From positions 1 to 55,982 of IMG/VR virus record IMGVR_UViG_3300011442_000011: a DNA stretch of 55,982 bases, one strand, 5' to 3'. Shown here in pieces: positions 43,084-52,810 of this stretch (position 1 is its first letter; every line of letters starts with the position of its first letter). The notes under the pieces were generated by a model that saw only the letters and a program-made list of their open reading frames with translations, was not told the DNA's origin and ran no database searches. This DNA is from a virus (lineage: Duplodnaviria > Caudoviricetes). The translations under genes were made by a program, and so were the position numbers.

Positions 43084-43638
43084 CTACCACCTCACGAGCT
43101 CATACGAAGTTGGTTTTCCGCCGTTGATATCGTCTATCCATGACGGAACAAGAAGACTGATGACATATGGAGGTATGACTGGTGGCTGTTGTGGATCATT
43201 TCCCTTGCCACTCGGATTCTTGAATTCCAACTTGATTGGGCCAGTTCTGATAGATGCTAAACCCTGAGCTAATTGTGAAAGTTCAGCAGTTCTATCAGAG
43301 ACCAAAAGTTCTCGAGCGAGCTCTGCGTGCGCATTCTTCCATTCTTGTGGAATTATGGTTGAATCTACAAATTCAAGTCCAGTCTTATCTAACATCGAAT
43401 TACGCGGCCAGAGCAAAGATTGCGTAGAAGTCGTGGGATATCCGGTTAATGAGATTAGTGCATCCATCCATTGTGTTGCATATACAGCGGCTCCTGCCTT
43501 TGGGTCATCATCTGCATCGAGCCATAGTGCAGACGCGGAGACAGGAACTTTAATTTCAAAATAGGCGTCTATCTCAGCAACAGTCTGATAACTGTTAGCA
43601 TTGGATGCGCCCGGTATTGCGATGACTGTTACAGACAT
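43084..43638 (-). CDS. head-tail adaptor (DnaT-like N-terminus family)
   Basis: NANSY.TVAE.DAY, Q.L.WPR, IP...KNA.AELA. Confidence 0.8.
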   Translation of the reverse strand: MSVTVIAIPGASNANSYQTVAEIDAYFEIKVPVSASALWLDADDDPKAGAAVYATQWMDALISLTGYPTTSTQSLLWPRNSMLDKTGLEFVDSTIIPQEWKNAHAELARELLVSDRTAELSQLAQGLASIRTGPIKLEFKNPSGKGNDPQQPPVIPPYVISLLVPSWIDDINGGKPTSYELVRW

Positions 43639-43677
43639 GATAGAATGTGGCGGGCCTCGCGACCCGCCACTCTCCTA

Positions 43678-44175
43678 TTACGCCGGATCTGCGACGTAGG
43701 TGAGGATGTAATCGACGTGTGTTGCTGTCGCGAGTGAACCGCCAGTCTTTCCTGCGGTCACCGCAGTGTTGGCATCGTTTGCAACGTGAGATGCACCATC
43801 TGCGAGTGCGACGATGGATGCAGTGCCTGCCGTTGCAAATGGCGTGCCGAGTCGAAGGACAGTGCTCCTGGTCATGCCCGCAATGGCTGCAATCCCAAGA
43901 GCAGCCGACGCTGCCGCTTGTGTTGCAAGCAAACGGACATCGGTTGCGCCCGACGCTGCACCACCGATGGTGATCATGATCAGATCGACGACACGCCACT
44001 TGACACCAGGAAGCGCAGGCAGAAGGGTGAATCCAGCGTTGACTTGTGCCGCGGTCACGCGCGTGCGCTGTGTCTTGGCAACACCGAATTCGACGAGCAC
44101 ACCGCCGATCCAGCGCGCTTTTGGAGAGCTCGGTGCGCTCCCCTGCGGATACATTCTTGAGTCGATACCTGCCAT
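43678..44175 (-). CDS. putative capsid decoration protein
   Basis: directly downstream of coat; Ala/Thr-rich, capsid-like codon bias; AGGAGG RBS. Confidence 0.65.
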   Translation of the reverse strand: MAGIDSRMYPQGSAPSSPKARWIGGVLVEFGVAKTQRTRVTAAQVNAGFTLLPALPGVKWRVVDLIMITIGGAASGATDVRLLATQAAASAALGIAAIAGMTRSTVLRLGTPFATAGTASIVALADGASHVANDANTAVTAGKTGGSLATATHVDYILTYVADPA

Positions 44176-44245
44176 CGGAGTCCTCCTAGGAATTTTGAAG
44201 GGAGTAAAGCTGCGCCCTACTCCCTCCAGTCAGTTGTTACTGACG

Positions 44246-45394
44246 TTACTCGCCGGCGACGATCGCACCGAATTGAGCACGCGGAGCGGCAACACCGCAG
44301 AGGATATCGTAGCTCCAACGAGTCCTCTTGTGCTGTCTGCTGACTTCCAGTCGCATCGCCAAACCGGAAATCGGATCAACCGCGGACAGGTAAGTGCCGA
44401 GGCCCATTGGATCAGCCGCAGCGAATGGTCGAGAGGCCAACGCGAGTGCGTCGCGATGGAACAGGAGGTTCTGTCTGTGAGAGGCTGCAACGAAGAGGGC
44501 TTCGCCGCCCGCAGTCGCGACCACAAGACCAGAGGTGATCACGATTGACGTCACGGTGCCGCCACCGGTCGAGCTCACAACCACATAGGTCTGCGAGCTG
44601 AGCGACGGGAAGCTGACCTTGTCGCCGGCAACGATCGTGCCAAGCGCGCCACCGGACAAGTTGACCGTTGTCGCACCGAGTGCGTTCACGCCGTTCGCAG
44701 TGTATGGAGTCGCGGAAGTGCTGACGGTGCCTGCGGTATGCCTGGTGAGGTTCTGGTCCATGAACCAGAATGCGCCGAGCTTTTCACCGATCTCACCTTT
44801 GATGATGCCCTGCGTATCACCACGATACGAAGCATCCTGGAAGGCGCGCAGACCGAGCGCATTCGCCTTCGCCTTGGAACTGACCGACATGAAGCGATTG
44901 TCCGGCGGCGCAAGCGAATCGTTCAACATCTGATCGGCAGAAAGGAACTCGCTGAGGTCGTTCGCGAATGGAGTCGTACCGGCGGTTCCGGCGTAGTTCG
45001 GGAACAGTGCCTCGGCCTTTGCGATCAGAAGTGCGTCGACCTTGTTGGCGAGCGACTTCACCGCTTCGCTGGCCTGCATTGGGATGGTGCCGTTCATCGC
45101 TTCCAGCATGTCCTTGTCGGTCATGAAGAACGGAGCTTCCCACCACTGATCGAGCAGGACAGAGGCCTTTGTCGGCTGGGTGCCAGCATCGTCCGGCGGT
45201 GTGTTCGATGGTGAGACCGCTACTGCGGTGATCGCCGAGGGAATCGGAATGTCAATCGTTGACCCTTTTTCGCCGGCGATCGTCTCGAAACCGCGATTGA
45301 CGTATCGCGGCATGACCGCCATCTGTCGCAGGGCCAAAAATCCCTGTGCAAGCAGTTTGGGAATGACTTCTGTGAGGGTATTGCTGTTTGCCAC
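44246..45394 (-). CDS. major capsid protein (P22 coat-like)
   Basis: KG.TI.IP.P, LANKVD, F.MDQN, NL.FHRDA.ALASRP, YDILCG; AGGAG RBS. Confidence 0.9.
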   Translation of the reverse strand: MANSNTLTEVIPKLLAQGFLALRQMAVMPRYVNRGFETIAGEKGSTIDIPIPSAITAVAVSPSNTPPDDAGTQPTKASVLLDQWWEAPFFMTDKDMLEAMNGTIPMQASEAVKSLANKVDALLIAKAEALFPNYAGTAGTTPFANDLSEFLSADQMLNDSLAPPDNRFMSVSSKAKANALGLRAFQDASYRGDTQGIIKGEIGEKLGAFWFMDQNLTRHTAGTVSTSATPYTANGVNALGATTVNLSGGALGTIVAGDKVSFPSLSSQTYVVVSSTGGGTVTSIVITSGLVVATAGGEALFVAASHRQNLLFHRDALALASRPFAAADPMGLGTYLSAVDPISGLAMRLEVSRQHKRTRWSYDILCGVAAPRAQFGAIVAGE

Positions 45395-45502
45395 GAAGAG
45401 CCTCCTTCAATAACATTGAAATCGGCCCTCAGGGCATCGCCTCGAATCCCTCGGGGATTCTACGCGATCGTGGTTTTGTGCGTCCACGCACGCGGTTGGT
45501 CA

Positions 45503-46267
45503 CTAGATCCCGGTTACGACTACCTCTCCCTTTGCGATTGCTTCGATGTTCTTGCCGAATTCGACGACATCCGGTTCGATCTGTCGTTTCGGAACTTGCT
45601 GATTGTTTCCGACGTTGTTCGCGCCACCGCCACGGGAGGTCCGGAAAAGATGGGATGCATCGGTCTGGAGACCGGTGCCCCATTCCTCCATTGAGATTTC
45701 TTCGGTGACGTTTTTCTTGCTAAAGATCGGACGATCCTGAGAATCGCGCGCGACAACTTTGCCGTCGACGTTTTTGAAAACTTTGGTGCCGCGTTCGATG
45801 AAATCCGACATTGCATTGTCAGCGATACCAATCTTGGCGCCGACATCACGAAGACCAGTTTCCAACTCTTTCTTTCGAAGCAGTTCCTGGGCCTTTGCTT
45901 CGGATTCGTCCTTTGCCTTGAGCTTGGCTTCGACGGGATCGACAGCGGTCTTGACCGCTTCCTTGATCAATGCGGCGATATCCTCGCTGCCTTTGACGCC
46001 ACGAGCCTCGAGCTCTTTGACTTTGGCAACGAGTTTCGTGTGTTCGACTGGATCGATACCGTCGAACTCGGCAACACGTTTCTTGAGGTTGGTGACCTCG
46101 GTATTCAGTCCGCGGTTATTGTCGCGGAATTCGGCGAGTTTCGTGTTGGCTTGCACCAACGGCTCGTAGTCACCTTCAGTCTTCAGATAGAAGCGACCAT
46201 TCCGCTCCTCGTATTCGCCGCGCAATGGCTCAGCTACATCGGACAGACTATTGATGACAAATTTCAT
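45503..46267 (-). CDS. capsid scaffolding protein
   Basis: Y.E..G.FYL, EFRDNN, coiled coil, HLF..S.GGG; upstream of coat; GAGGGG RBS. Confidence 0.8.
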   Translation of the reverse strand: MKFVINSLSDVAEPLRGEYEERNGRFYLKTEGDYEPLVQANTKLAEFRDNNRGLNTEVTNLKKRVAEFDGIDPVEHTKLVAKVKELEARGVKGSEDIAALIKEAVKTAVDPVEAKLKAKDESEAKAQELLRKKELETGLRDVGAKIGIADNAMSDFIERGTKVFKNVDGKVVARDSQDRPIFSKKNVTEEISMEEWGTGLQTDASHLFRTSRGGGANNVGNNQQVPKRQIEPDVVEFGKNIEAIAKGEVVVTGI

Positions 46268-46294
46268 GTGCCCCTCTGATTTAAGTGTAAAAGC

Positions 46295-46324
46295 ATGATA
46301 CACTACCTTTATACAGCAATGCAA
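46295..46324 (-). promoter_or_regulatory. putative promoter for scaffold/capsid operon
   Basis: minus strand TTGCAT-18 bp-TATCAT with very AT-rich upstream tract (46330-46405). Confidence 0.55.
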
Positions 46325-46406
46325 GGATAAAAACACACGAAAACAAAAATAGTTTTACATAAATGTTAGAAATTTTGATCAAATAAGATTGAATATTTAT
46401 AGATTT

Positions 46407-46739
46407 CTAGTTTAGATTCTTTTCAATCTCGTATGTTTCAATATTGGTGTGATAACGGTCACCACTGGCAAACTCGACATAGCCCTGCCAGCTGACCGTT
46501 CCCTTCTTTGAATGGATCCCACCTGCATTACTATCCGCTGCAACAGCAGTGTAGGTCAGATACCAGTCAGCATCAGGATGAATTACAGTCGCAACTTTTT
46601 CAACAACACCGGCAGGTGCCTTGAAAATCAGCTTCTTAACTGTTGCAGTGCTGATATCAATTGGCGTTCCTAGATCTTGCACCTTTGCCTTGTAGAGGGT
46701 TCCAATATCACCAACATGCACGTCAGCGGTAGTAGCCAT
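46407..46739 (-). CDS. Ig-like/BppU-N-like hypothetical virion protein
   Basis: VGDIGT..D.STAT..LIFK.P..Y..G..W.GYV; GAGGAG RBS. Confidence 0.6.
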   Translation of the reverse strand: MATTADVHVGDIGTLYKAKVQDLGTPIDISTATVKKLIFKAPAGVVEKVATVIHPDADWYLTYTAVAADSNAGGIHSKKGTVSWQGYVEFASGDRYHTNIETYEIEKNLN

Positions 46740-48478
46740 TAAAGCTCCTCGGTCCCGATAACCTTAGTTCGGATCTGGAACTCTGTCCCAGTTCTAGTTT
46801 TTCCGATTGGCAATTCATCAGTTATTTGTCTAGCAATTCCAAGATCTTCAGATACAATTCTACAAATCTGAAATTCTGTTATTACATTCCGATTAATTTG
46901 AAAAGTCGTCGTGACAAGATCTTGAATTCGTGATTCACTAAAATCTTGGACAATTGCGCGACCAAACGATGATGCATAAATTGCGCGCTTCGAGAAGGTT
47001 CGTGCGGCTGTAGCTAGAGATCTTGTTCCCTGCACCGGCTGGATATATAGATCCGGCTGCGTTGGGAGTGACGTATTATCTTGCGGTGCAAACCACGTTA
47101 GACGGGCGGCGATAATCGCTCGCTGCCATTGCAGCTTAGCAGTCGTCTTTAAAGAGGATGTTCCCTGGATCGGCTGTGTCCAAGTGCTTTCCTCAATAAT
47201 CGAATCGTAGCTATCAGACCAGAAGAGCGTAGAAGCGATTAAGCTTCGATGTGTAAATGCCTGATTATTCCGTGCCCATTGTGTTGTTCCTTGAACAGGC
47301 TGCGTCCAAGGTTCCGTTCCGGTCTCAAAATCTTGTGGAGCAAACCAACCGAAACTAGCTTTTAGGGCACGACCACGATAAATCTTCTGTGTCGTGCTAA
47401 GAGACTGTGTCCCCTGAACGGGCTGTGTCCAAGTATCAGTTTCGACAACGACTGCAGTATCAGTTGGTGCGAATACACCGTAGCGCGAAGCAATAATGGA
47501 CTGTGCACGAGTCTTCGCAATTGAAGTACTAAATGCACGAGTTCCAACAATCTGCTGAATGTAGAGCTCAGTCGTTACAAAATTCGGATCACTATTGTCT
47601 TGCGGCGCGAACCAACCGTAGCCAGAAGCTACGATAGAACGACGCCAAAATGCGCGCTGCTTTAACGCTAATTCGAGGGTTCCCTGGACATCTTGGAGCC
47701 CATGGATCTCGACAAGTGGAGCATCGAAGTCTTCAGGTGTGAACCAACCATAGTGGGCAGCAATGCCAGCTTGATTATGATTCTTATTCGCATTATACTG
47801 CCACTGCTTCGTTCCAACTGTTGGTTGGATATAGAGTTCAGTGGTGACGAAATTTGGATCACTTCCATCTTGCGGCGTGAACCAACCGTAGTTCGCTGCA
47901 ATATGTGAACGAAGTGTAAATTGTCGATTCCCACGCGCGAGGGCACTAGTTCCTTGAACAAGCTGTGTCCAAGGCTCAGTCCCAGACTCAAAATCTTCTG
48001 GAGTGAACCATCCGTATTGTGCAGCTTTGAGGGCTGTAGATCGATAAGATTGATTGGACTGTGCTAACTTTGTTGTTCCGACAATAGGCTGGATATACAG
48101 CTCAGTCGTAACAATATTTGGATCACTAAAGTCTTCTGCAGTAGTCCAACCTAATGTCGCAGCAATCTGGAAAGATCGATTATATTTTGTTTGATATGCA
48201 CGAAGAGCTCGCGTTCCCTGGATATCTTGAATAACTGTCTCTGGTTCTGCAGCGATATCTGGCGTATCAACTGCTTGGACAAATGCAAGTCCAATCGCAA
48301 TCATTGTGGCGCGTTGCCACAGTCTGGCTTTATTCTGTCGATATGGTCTTACGTCTGGACCAGTGGGCGAATCTGGACCAAGTTCAGTCGGATAGCTTGG
48401 ACCAAGAATAATATCATGACGTCCCGCTGATTGGGATGTCGGCTGTCCGCGTAAGATAATATCTTGCGGATTAGCCAT
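46739..48478 (-). CDS. tandem-repeat protein (about 10-11 repeats of 41-46 aa)
   Basis: recurrent IAA.YGWF(T/A)P(E/Q)D....(W/Y)(T/I)QP(V/I)QGT. Confidence 0.8.
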   Translation of the reverse strand: MANPQDIILRGQPTSQSAGRHDIILGPSYPTELGPDSPTGPDVRPYRQNKARLWQRATMIAIGLAFVQAVDTPDIAAEPETVIQDIQGTRALRAYQTKYNRSFQIAATLGWTTAEDFSDPNIVTTELYIQPIVGTTKLAQSNQSYRSTALKAAQYGWFTPEDFESGTEPWTQLVQGTSALARGNRQFTLRSHIAANYGWFTPQDGSDPNFVTTELYIQPTVGTKQWQYNANKNHNQAGIAAHYGWFTPEDFDAPLVEIHGLQDVQGTLELALKQRAFWRRSIVASGYGWFAPQDNSDPNFVTTELYIQQIVGTRAFSTSIAKTRAQSIIASRYGVFAPTDTAVVVETDTWTQPVQGTQSLSTTQKIYRGRALKASFGWFAPQDFETGTEPWTQPVQGTTQWARNNQAFTHRSLIASTLFWSDSYDSIIEESTWTQPIQGTSSLKTTAKLQWQRAIIAARLTWFAPQDNTSLPTQPDLYIQPVQGTRSLATAARTFSKRAIYASSFGRAIVQDFSESRIQDLVTTTFQINRNVITEFQICRIVSEDLGIARQITDELPIGKTRTGTEFQIRTKVIGTEEL

Positions 48479-48483
48479 TTAAT

Positions 48484-49065
48484 TTAGAACGGTTGGACTT
48501 CTAGGGGTTCTGGCTGGATAGTCTTGTCAGTAGCTCCGCTCCAACCGAATGAGCCAGTTGGCTCAAAATCTTGCCATGCTACCAACCAGAACGGTCCAGT
48601 GACATGTGGAGACCAGAAGATGTAGTTACCATTTACATCCGAACGAGTTTCTTCAACTAGCTCTCCAATTGAGGAGACAGACCCACCGACTGAGCCATAG
48701 GCTTGAGCTGCATTCGGCTGTGGCGTGATCGCTCGTAATCTGATAAAAATCAAATCTGTCGGACCTCCTACGATAGCATGAAGATTACCTTGATTACGAT
48801 ATAACTGCACTCGACAATTTGGAATGATATTACCAGCATCATCGCGAGTAACACCCCAGATTGCAACATGGGTTGTCGAGAATGATTGAGAACGAAATGC
48901 CAGACCACCTGATGGACCAGCCTTCTCTCCACCCATCGTTGGTCCTAGTGCCGAACGACCGCCGATCTCTCGACCTGGAGCTGCAAGAATACCCGATCCT
49001 CCAATTCGGCCATTCATGCCGCCAATGGACATCCCAGGCATTATTGAAAGACTCCGATCATACAA
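48484..49065 (-). CDS. hypothetical virion-associated protein (prealbumin-like beta domain)
   Basis: I.GVTRD..G..I.NC.VQLY..T.SD.NGNY.F. Confidence 0.65.
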   Translation of the reverse strand: MYDRSLSIMPGMSIGGMNGRIGGSGILAAPGREIGGRSALGPTMGGEKAGPSGGLAFRSQSFSTTHVAIWGVTRDDAGNIIPNCRVQLYRNQGNLHAIVGGPTDLIFIRLRAITPQPNAAQAYGSVGGSVSSIGELVEETRSDVNGNYIFWSPHVTGPFWLVAWQDFEPTGSFGWSGATDKTIQPEPLEVQPF

Positions 49066-49442
49066 AGAGCATCGCTGTTAGCACCGATCATCCAATCGAT
49101 GGTCTTACCTGCTTCACCAGTAATTGTCGTTTCAACTTGCCCATTCACAATGGCCATCGTCGCTGTCCACGAAGATGCAGATGCGCTATTGGAATGAGCA
49201 AGTTGAACTACTGCACCGACGATTGCTGTTGCCCCGGCTAACTTCTTGACAAGACAACGAAACTCCCAATATGACTGACCAAGATTGTGGTCATTCGCAA
49301 AGACAAATGCGCTAAACATCCCACAGGCATCATCAGTGATCTGTGGTGGCTCGCTCGTATGGACGATCGGCGTTGCATTCGTCGTCCGATTGCATGGCGG
49401 AAACGTCTGATTAGCTCGAGCGAGATTTGTGCAGGACACCAC
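49041..49442 (-). CDS. hypothetical protein
   Basis: GGGAGG RBS; beta-rich. Confidence 0.6.
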   Translation of the reverse strand: MVSCTNLARANQTFPPCNRTTNATPIVHTSEPPQITDDACGMFSAFVFANDHNLGQSYWEFRCLVKKLAGATAIVGAVVQLAHSNSASASSWTATMAIVNGQVETTITGEAGKTIDWMIGANSDALCMIGVFQ

Positions 49443-49449
49443 ATCCTCC

Positions 49450-50016
49450 CTAGTTCAGGATATCGATCTGGTAGCAATGCACTGTGAGTGAACCAGTTGC
49501 AACGGTCTGCGTGAAGAATACGTCAATGATCGAAGCGGCAGTGTTGTCCATACCGCCGCCAACTGCCGGTGCGCCGACAGGGGCGAGAAGGGATCCGTTT
49601 CCGCCCGCAGTATTCGCCGGAGCACCGACAACTGCTTCCGATTGGAAACTCGCACCATGCGGAAAGAAGGTTGTTGACGTTGAGTTGCCGACCGCACGGC
49701 AGACAAGACGACACTCGAAATACCACGGCACCGTCGTTTTTGCGACGATGTTCAAATTGAGCGCGCCGCTATCGTAAACTACCGTCGAACCCGCCGCGCC
49801 CATACGGATATCGAAGCGTGCAGTGCCGGGCGTTGTTACGACGCACGAGATTCTTCCTGACAATCGAAATGCAATGACACGACCGATGTAGAAGAAGTTG
49901 TTCGGTAGTGTGATCTTGTTCGCTGTCGGGATGCAGGAATTCGCTGATGCCGCTGTTAGCGTCGGTCCATCAGTCACCCCACTGACGATTGTCTCCTGCC
50001 ACGTTTGCATACTCAT
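49450..50016 (-). CDS. putative virion structural protein
   Basis: MSMQTWQE start with GGGAG RBS; Thr/Ala/Gly-rich. Confidence 0.7.
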   Translation of the reverse strand: MSMQTWQETIVSGVTDGPTLTAASANSCIPTANKITLPNNFFYIGRVIAFRLSGRISCVVTTPGTARFDIRMGAAGSTVVYDSGALNLNIVAKTTVPWYFECRLVCRAVGNSTSTTFFPHGASFQSEAVVGAPANTAGGNGSLLAPVGAPAVGGGMDNTAASIIDVFFTQTVATGSLTVHCYQIDILN

Positions 50017-50257
50017 GCGGTTTCTCCCTCGTCCCAACATCGATCGGGACTTCCAAAGTCAACTGACCAGTAACAGGATTCCGTGTCCAATGGACTTCAG
50101 CAACTCGGAAAACTGAATTGCAAGCCGGACAATGGACAACACCGCCGGGCGACCCAGCGAAGAGCATCGGAGTTCTTGCTGGACATGGACAAATCATCAC
50201 AGCTGTGAAAAGTGATCCTTCAATCCGTGGTGCCTTCAAATCGATGATTACGGCCAT
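49970..50257 (-). CDS. zinc-ribbon protein
   Basis: CPC...CPAC. Confidence 0.55.
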   Translation of the reverse strand: MAVIIDLKAPRIEGSLFTAVMICPCPARTPMLFAGSPGGVVHCPACNSVFRVAEVHWTRNPVTGQLTLEVPIDVGTREKPHEYANVAGDNRQWGD

Positions 50258-50550
50258 ACTGCTGTATCCTTATGAAATGGACATCTATGCCTGTTATCGC
50301 CTGCTATTGTTCCGTGTGTTTGGCCTTCTTTCTCGACACCACACAACGGCAATCCACAAAGTTGTCCTCCGGGCATCACAGCATCGCAAATTAATCTTGC
50401 GAATCTGCGACACTGTTCACCGTATGCCGGATTGTCAGTCGAGAAACGAGGTGCAGCACACTCCGATGTGGGCTGCCCTCGTGGCCCGGTTGGTCCTCGA
50501 ACCGTCGAAAAGACAAGCTGGTCACCATCGTGATTACGATATAGCGGCAT
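50248..50550 (-). CDS. Cys-rich hypothetical protein
   Basis: GGAG RBS; C..C..LCD..CG..LC..CPFH. Confidence 0.55.
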   Translation of the reverse strand: MPLYRNHDGDQLVFSTVRGPTGPRGQPTSECAAPRFSTDNPAYGEQCRRFARLICDAVMPGGQLCGLPLCGVEKEGQTHGTIAGDNRHRCPFHKDTAVWP

Positions 50551-50574
50551 GCCCCGATCTCCGCTAAATCGTAA

Positions 50575-51054
50575 TTACGCTTCGCTGAATTCGCAGAGCG
50601 GTTCGAAGACTACCGAAGTTCCGTTGAACTTCGACGCGACTTCGAAGTTGCCTGTCGCCGCAGCAGCGCCCGGAAGCAACTGAACTGCATGATCCTGATC
50701 GAGCGCAACCCATCCACCCTGTCCGCCGGTCTGCGCGACGCCGACAGTGATCTGGGTGAGCGGTGTGCCGCCAGGAGTGATTGCAGAATTGTCGTCGGTC
50801 CAGGCCGTCTGCGCAGCTTGCGCGTTCGGATTGCGCTTGGTCGGCGTTTGTGAGGTTCCGCCCGAACCGGCTGTGGTCGGACGAATCCCGTAGAGAACGC
50901 CACCTCCGGCAACACCGTGACGTGCTGCGCCATAGAGGCCCATGATGCGGCACATCATCTGGTTCGCAACCGTCGCGGCACGAAGGTGTGTGCTCAGCGT
51001 GTTTGCTGAGCCGTTTGACGTGCATGGTTTCTTGACGTCGTAATACAGCGGCAT
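50575..51054 (-). CDS. putative virion structural protein
   Basis: AAGGA RBS; capsid-like codon bias; beta-rich. Confidence 0.7.
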   Translation of the reverse strand: MPLYYDVKKPCTSNGSANTLSTHLRAATVANQMMCRIMGLYGAARHGVAGGGVLYGIRPTTAGSGGTSQTPTKRNPNAQAAQTAWTDDNSAITPGGTPLTQITVGVAQTGGQGGWVALDQDHAVQLLPGAAAATGNFEVASKFNGTSVVFEPLCEFSEA

Positions 51055-51086
51055 ACCTGTCCTTTCAATGCGCCACGATTGGCGAG

Positions 51087-51350
51087 TTACGAACCTCTAA
51101 TGATTCTTTCTTCGTCCTCGGGAACTGGAAGCAACGGCGGTTGTCCAAACTGAAAGACGCATTTATTGCACAGATACGAGACGAATGGAACCGAGTCTCT
51201 CATTACAAACCCACCCTCGACCCCACAATTGACACAATAGATCTTTTCCATGTTACCGAGCGTCTTATGTCGAATCTCACCTGTCGAATGCCGCGCTCGA
51301 GAGTCCGGCAAAATTCTTGCGAATGAATCCCATAATTTATCGAATGGCAT
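51087..51350 (-). CDS. zinc-finger hypothetical protein
   Basis: ATG coupled to portal stop (TAATG); YCVNCG...LCNKC. Confidence 0.65.
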   Translation of the reverse strand: MPFDKLWDSFARILPDSRARHSTGEIRHKTLGNMEKIYCVNCGVEGGFVMRDSVPFVSYLCNKCVFQFGQPPLLPVPEDEERIIRGS

Positions 51351-52807
51351 TATTTCACAGCTCCTGCGGCCGGCTTCGGAGCTCCACCTTCCGCTCCAGG
51401 TTTCGGAGGTGGCGCACCGATGAAGTCTGGATCCGCATCGATATCTTTCAATTCTTCTTCGTAGCCAACACCTTCTCGTGTCCAACCAGTTTGCACCAGA
51501 CGGGAATAGAAGGTCTTATATGAAATCGTGTTTGCCTGCAAAGCCAGTAAGAGCGCTCGAATCTGATCAGCGGTTAAACTCTGATCGTAGAACACTTTAT
51601 TCAGATCAACATAGGTGTCTTGGACATCCTTTGGTTCTGCTTCCTTTCCAAGCCACCATGCATGAGTCTTTAATGAAAATGATAGCTGTTGCTCCACCAC
51701 TTGAGCCAACATGCGAAGGGTAGCGTAATCACTCGAATGCCGCATACTAACTGAGAGAGCAGTTTCAGCATAGTGCGGAGCCTCTTCAAGAAGTCTGGCA
51801 CCGAGTGTAGCCATCATTCGTTGCATGTCTTGAATATCAGTCCGGATAGCACCGAGACCTCGTCCGGTGAATTCCAGCATACCCGCGCGACCATTTGTGT
51901 CAAGCGCCCACGCGGTCCCGCTACCGATCTTGAGTTTCTTGTTCGTATCGTTTTGTCCTGACACCCACGGTGTCGGTAAGGCAGTAAAATGAAGTCCATG
52001 TTTCAAATCCGCCGATGCGCGATAATGGGCGAGGTTGACATCTACCAGATCCAGGATCGGCGGAGCACCAAGGACCCACGGTAATGTGAACGGAATAAAA
52101 TCCAACGGTCTTCCAAGACGAAGAGGCGTAAGGATACTGCCAGGAATATATTCCCGTTGGCTCTTATCGATGATTCCTTCCTGCCCCGGCTTCTCGTTAT
52201 AGATCTGCTGTGTATAGACACCACTTGTGCTCAAGCGAAGAACACGATATCGTTCTTTCTGTTCAATGGCAAATTCATCACCAGCCTTGGAGTCCTCGAC
52301 GCATTCGCGGAGAACTACCATGCTGAGTTCTCGATCGCCACCATATGACGTAAATTTCCAATTGATGATATCTTCAGCTTTATACAACAGCCAATATGGG
52401 CGAGGCTTTGTAACTTCCTCGCTTGCCATATCGACCAAAACACCAGTTCGACCAGTGATCAATTCCTCACGAGTAGCATTCAAAGCAAATGATGCCAATG
52501 GTTCGTTGGTGAGCGTGACATCTTTGATTTGCTCTTCCATCTCCGAGCTGTTGACCTTGATCGCAGGATCTTTCTGAAAGATTGCACCTGACAGACCAGC
52601 TACAGTGCGACTGGCCGCATTGTAGAAAAGAGCTCGAAGTTTATATTCCTGATACTTAGTATTGTCGTCTTTATGGCTATCGAGCATCGGAAGATATTTG
52701 GAGCCCTTCTGCTTGACCGCATCGCTCCCTTCAGAGCAATCTCGGCAGCGCTCCCATTGCTCGGCGCGATTATCGTAGACTTTATGCGTTGTCGCGACAC
52801 CAGCCAC
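51350..52807 (-). CDS. portal protein (DUF4055-type)
   Basis: YLP..Y..Y..RA.FYN, GR.GVLVD, Y.AEDIINW, NLAHYR.SAD..H.LH....P, LGARLL. Confidence 0.9.
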   Translation of the reverse strand: MAGVATTHKVYDNRAEQWERCRDCSEGSDAVKQKGSKYLPMLDSHKDDNTKYQEYKLRALFYNAASRTVAGLSGAIFQKDPAIKVNSSEMEEQIKDVTLTNEPLASFALNATREELITGRTGVLVDMASEEVTKPRPYWLLYKAEDIINWKFTSYGGDRELSMVVLRECVEDSKAGDEFAIEQKERYRVLRLSTSGVYTQQIYNEKPGQEGIIDKSQREYIPGSILTPLRLGRPLDFIPFTLPWVLGAPPILDLVDVNLAHYRASADLKHGLHFTALPTPWVSGQNDTNKKLKIGSGTAWALDTNGRAGMLEFTGRGLGAIRTDIQDMQRMMATLGARLLEEAPHYAETALSVSMRHSSDYATLRMLAQVVEQQLSFSLKTHAWWLGKEAEPKDVQDTYVDLNKVFYDQSLTADQIRALLLALQANTISYKTFYSRLVQTGWTREGVGYEEELKDIDADPDFIGAPPPKPGAEGGAPKPAAGAVK

Positions 52808-52810
52808 GAT

